From Chrysomallon squamiferum (taxonomy: Eukaryota; Animalia; Mollusca): a DNA stretch of 64,000 nt. Within the stretch, counting starts at the first letter, position 1. Every line of letters starts with the position of its first letter. Below the pieces are notes generated by a model, which was not told where the DNA came from, did no database searches, and was given only the letters and a program-made list of their open reading frames with translations. Below are positions 12,504 to 64,000 of the stretch, piece by piece. The position numbers were made by a program, and so were the translations under genes. The stretch lies in assembly GCA_012295275.1 (NCBI GenBank), contig CM022668.1:2666001-2730000 (forward strand), in the 5' to 3' direction.

Positions 12504-14937
12504 GTGTGTTTGTGGGTGTGGGTGGGTGTGGGTGTGTGTGGGTGATGGTGTGTGGGTGTGTGTGGGTGTGGGTGTGTGTGTGTGAGTATATATGTGTGTT
12601 AGTGTGTATATGAATGTGTATTTGTGTGTGTGAATATGTAAAGGTTTTTTCTGATATGTTTGTGAAATATAATTTAGTTGAAATATTAACATATATGAAA
12701 TATTAACATATATAAAATATTAACGTATGAATTATTAACATATAGGCTTATAAAATACAAAGAATATTTTACCTTTCATTTTTTTTTTTGCCCACACAAT
12801 TTCTCTGTATTGTCTAGATATTTTTATTTTTATATATTGCGTAGTTTTATTTTATATTAATAAAATTTTCAAACACAAGACTTTAGAAAAAATAAAAAAA
12901 ATAAAAAAAAATAAAATAATAATAATAATAATGATAATTTTGCAGATAAAAACCAACAAAATTTGACTGCTTGTTTTATCTTTGAAACCAATAAACTTTT
13001 AGGCTAAAGAAACAAAATATTTTTTTCTTCTTTTTCCTGAACAAATGTTAAGTTTTATTTTTTATTTTTTTGTAAACCAGTGACCCAATTCTCAAAATCA
13101 GCCTTTCTCTTTCATTGATTTTTTTTTTTTAAGCCCTCTTAATGCGCGATTTTTTTATTTTCTTTGTGCTGCTGTAACTCTCTCTCTCTCTGTTCCTGTG
13201 TTGTTGTTTTTTAACAACACATGTTTTCCCTGGACTGAAGTAATCTCTGACAGAAACGATCATTTTAACAAGCTCGACTGTTAATAATCACATGATTCAC
13301 TGCAACACGAGCAGTTCCAGTCAACTCTGCTTTGTCGAAACTTTACTGGGGTTTTTTTCTCGTTTTTTTAAATTTTATATAATTCTTCCAGATTGAGTGG
13401 ATTATAAATTAATCCTGACAGAACTGGAGTAGTTCTAATTGTCATTAACAATGAGTTTAACTTTGTCTCTGGATTATATAACTTGTGTTTGTTCATGGTA
13501 ATCAATGGATGTTTTTTTTTATCATCTTGTGGATATATTTTTGTCAGTGATGATAAATGTGAAATTATTTCAGATTGTGGGTAGGTTTGATCAGTGCTGA
13601 CACTGATTATGTAAAAGGATTTTGAAGAAAAAAAATAATCTTTATTTTTCAATGATGATGAAGTTAATTTGCAGTTTGATGAAAATAGCTTGCACCTGTC
13701 AAAATCTGTTTTGTTGAAATGTTGAAGGAAAAGGAAAAAATTGTTGAAGAATTTTTCTTGAGGTTTACATTTAAAAACAGAAAAAACAAAAAACAAAGAA
13801 AATTACTGATGTAAAGTACTAAATGAAAATTTTCTAGAAATATGTAATAGTGGAATATAATGATTATAATATCTTCTTATCAAAACAAAGGAAAGAGAAA
13901 AGATAAAGTGAGGTGATTTTTATTCAACTGGAAATGAAATCAGGAAATTCTGAGTTACTCTGAATTTTTGTGAATGTCTGTTTTCATGTAATATAATATC
14001 CTTTGTGTTTTTTAGTGGTTTTTTAATTATTATTGTTACTACAACAACAACAACTACTATTACTGCTACTACTATTAATATTATTATTATTACTACTACT
14101 ACTACTACTACTATTATTATTATCATTAGTTTGTTGTTGTTGTTGTTTTGTTTACAGTAATTACAAAAAAAGCTGCAATTTTGCTTACCTAGAACAACAT
14201 AAGTCTAACATAAATATGTTGTTTTGTTTTATTAAATGTTAATTTTTTGTTTTCATGTTCTAACAATAAACTTTGTTATATATTTTAATTAACTGGTGAA
14301 TAATAATGCTATTTGGTTCAAGGAACTTGTTGTGATATTTTGTATGTTATGTTAATGCAAAAAGATAAAAATGTAACAAATTATTAGAGCAAATTAGTGT
14401 AACAAGTTATAAATGGTAACAAGTTTGTGTAACAACTAACAAGTAACTGTTGTAATTAGTGTAAAAACTGTAACCAAACTAACTAGTGTAACTAAATGTA
14501 ATGGTTACAAACTGTCAGAAGTTGAATATAATTTAGTGTAACAAGTTACAAACTGTTACAAGCCACATATTATAAGTTAGGATAACAGATGTAACAAATT
14601 GTAACTAGTAAACATAAAAGTTACAAACAAGTTACATAGAGTATAACATGCAACTAGTGTAACAAATTACAAACTGTCACAAATCACAAATTATAACAGT
14701 GTAACAACTGTGAAAAATTGTAACTAGTCTGACAAGTAACAAATTGTAACAACTGTTAAATATTTTCTTTTATTATTTAGTTAAATTAAAGATTAATTGT
14801 TTACAAAACTTGCCACCTTGGTTTTCATTCATTCATTCATTCATCCATCCATCTATGTATTTATTCACTCTCTCACTCACTGCTACTACATGTGAAATTA
14901 TTCAAGTTGTACTTATTTATTTATTTTATATTTTCAG

Positions 14938-61167
<46,230 letters not shown>

Positions 61168-63834
61168 GTAAGAATTAAGAGTTTTCATTTTATATACAAA
61201 TTAATTATTTATAGAAACAATAATTAATATAACAAATATCAGCTGTATTTTTGAAAATTAATGGTATTTTTACAAGGATTTCCTTATTTATGAAAAAGAT
61301 GTCATCCTGAACTTACAGATAAACTGAATGTTACTACTGTTTATAGTTTTTTTTACTACTATTTAAAAATAAATAAATTAAAAAACCTCAAGTAATTATG
61401 AATCTGGATCTGTAGTAGAAACCAGACCAGCAGAATCAAAGCTTGCCATATCTCAGTAGAAATTTGATTACAGATTTCTCAGTCTCAGATAGAAAATCTT
61501 AAAACCAGATTAAAAAAAATTTTTTAAAAATCAAAGCTTTGCTGTTACTTAATAAATCTTGAAATATTTCCAATGAGTGAGTTAAAATAAATGTCAAAAA
61601 TGATTATTATTTTTCTAAAATATGCACTAAAACTGATTTATATAAAGAAAAACAACATTGAAACTTTATTTATGGACATGTTTACAAATTTCAGGGTCAG
61701 TTTTGAAAAGGACTTTAAAAATAAAATAAAAATGCAGAGAATTTTATCTAGATGTAATATCATGTTACATGTGAAATACAAGTCAGTATGAAACACATGC
61801 AGGTTTATATCAAGTGAATGATGATATCAAGTGTACTTTATAAACATGTTGCACTGCACAGGAGATAAAATCATCACATAATACTAGAAAAAAAACCCCA
61901 GATCTGTGCATTAAAAACATTAAAACATTTTAATTTTCCGATTTGTATATATCCTTAAATTTTGTTGATTTCAAAAAATTAATGAAAAACATCATTTGTT
62001 TTTAAATGTAAATTGACATATACAAAGTACAAATACATTATGAATCTATTTATGTTTATATAATTTGTTTTTATAATTTGATGGATGTTTAGAAAGTAGT
62101 AATTGAAGAATATATGTATATATATATATATATACATTAATGTCTTGGGAATGAGCCATATTTGTTTTGGATAATTATTTTTATTCATTATGAAACTGTT
62201 TTGTGAGACCTGGTAAAAGTGGTTAAAAAAAAAGTTTTAACATATTTCATCAGGTCAGTCTGTTCATTTTGTAGATTTTTAATTTATTATCTAAAATAAT
62301 TGTTTTGACATTAATATTCTTGAAGCATTTAAAAAGTTGTTAACACACACTTTCTGTTTTGTGTCTTAAGTATCTTTATTTTTTATTTATTTTTTAAAAA
62401 TTTTACTCAGTGTTTAAGTCAGTATTTTTAAAATCTTTATTTTTAAAAAAAATTTTATAAATTTTTCTCAGTATTTAAATCAGTATTTTTAATTTTTCTC
62501 TGTGTTGTTTCGACTCTGAATAAAAAGGTGTTTGCTTGGTTCTGCGAGAAGCAGATTAGTTAAGGTGTGGCTCGACCTGACCCCAGGGCACCAGCACTTC
62601 ACACCAGAAACAGACACCAGATAAAAACTTACACAAAGCTTAACAGTCAGCAGACGTCCAAGATAAGATAACTCCAACTTAATAGCAGAGTCCAGGGTCT
62701 CACACTATATTTAGTTATTTCTCTTCTTCCTATTTGCTTTTTTTTTGCTTTTTTTTTTCTTTTTTTTTTTTCTTCTTTTTGTCCTTATTTGTATTTTTAG
62801 TGGGTTTTTCTTCTTTCTTTCCCACTTTCCTTTTCTTTCTTTCATTTTTTCTTCTGTTTTGATTTTTGTTTGTTTCATTTGTTCTCTTTCTCTCTCACAC
62901 ATTCCATCAATCCTTGTGAACATTCTTTCAAAATTTCTCTCTCTCTGTCCCTCTCTCTCTCTCTCTCTCTTCTTCTCTCTCTTTCTTTTCTTTCATTCTC
63001 TTTTTTCTGTCTCTTTATTTCTCTGTATCTGTCTATCATCACTAAATCTATCCCTCTTTCCTTTTCTCTCTTTTTGTCTCTGATTCCCCATAGAATATTT
63101 TCTATCTCTTTTCTTGTATCTTTCCCTCTTCATTTTATTTCTTTCTCTCTGTCTTCAATTTTGGCTCTGCATAACGTTTTTCTGTCTATCTCTCTATCTT
63201 GCTGTATCTCTAATTTTATTTATTCTTCCTCTCTCTCTCTCTCTATTTCTGGATTCTTTAATGTGTTTATATCTGTCTTCCAGTATCTTTCCCTTTTTTT
63301 CTCTCTCTCTGTCTATCTCTGTTTCTGATTCCTTATAATATATATTCTCTCTGTCTTCTGTTATCTTCCAGTATCTTTTGTTCATTATTTTTCTCTGTCT
63401 GTCCATCTGTATTTCTGACTTCTTGGAACATGTTTCTATCTATCTATCTATCTTCCTATATCGTTCATTCTCTCATTAGTTTGCTCTGTCTGTCTGTGTG
63501 TTTCTGGCTCTCTCCCCATTTCCTAACCCTCTCTCAGTTTTGTACCTCTGATCTAGGCCAAGTGGCTCTATCCCACACAGCAGACTGTTTCAATTATCTT
63601 CAGCAGTTTTAGTTTTAAACACTGAAGCTAAATAGAGAACAGATTGGATTCTGTCCAACCCACAAACAAGAATGTAGCATTTAATTTGCATATCTGCCGA
63701 ACAGGCTGGAGTTTTAACTTGTCACAGAGTTTACAAAACAACTCGAAGAATTTAGTAAACATGGAGAATAACTTAGTGGGTTTTTTTTGTATTGTGTCTT
63801 AATAGATTGCTCACAAGTTTCTGAGTATGGATGT

Positions 63835-63902
<68 letters not shown>

Positions 63903-64000
63903 TTATTATTATTATTATTATTATTAACAAGTCCTAACAAGACCTGTCCAGTGAATAATATGGTTGTCATGTGACATAATGAATATTAATTATGAATAAG

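Overview
AT-rich, extremely microsatellite- and minisatellite-dense animal genomic DNA, probably an invertebrate such as a mollusc (inferred from composition and protein divergence). It is not prokaryotic. The window lies inside one large + strand gene encoding a tensin. Ten GT-AG exons (14938-61167, 1081 nt) join in frame without stops. They give the tail of a C1 domain, a linker, a complete PTEN-like phosphatase domain and a PTEN-type C2 domain. The rest of the C1 domain is presumably upstream, and the SH2/PTB exons downstream, of the window. Almost all ORFs in the supplied track are translations of simple repeats. Main observations: (1) the phosphatase site keeps a WPDH acid loop and an HCKGGKGR P-loop, matching voltage-sensing phosphatases rather than the degenerate vertebrate TNS1/TNS2 sites; (2) several candidate alternative first exons, all phase 0, could swap the N-terminus, one encoding a textbook N-myristoylation signal (MGGATTKP) near a consensus CTCF site; (3) a candidate internal promoter lies inside the C2-splitting intron, and several RFX X-boxes occur across the locus; (4) TIR-bearing MITEs sit just after exon donors, a hierarchical satellite carries splice-site-like motifs, and one tandem duplication looks like an assembly chimera.
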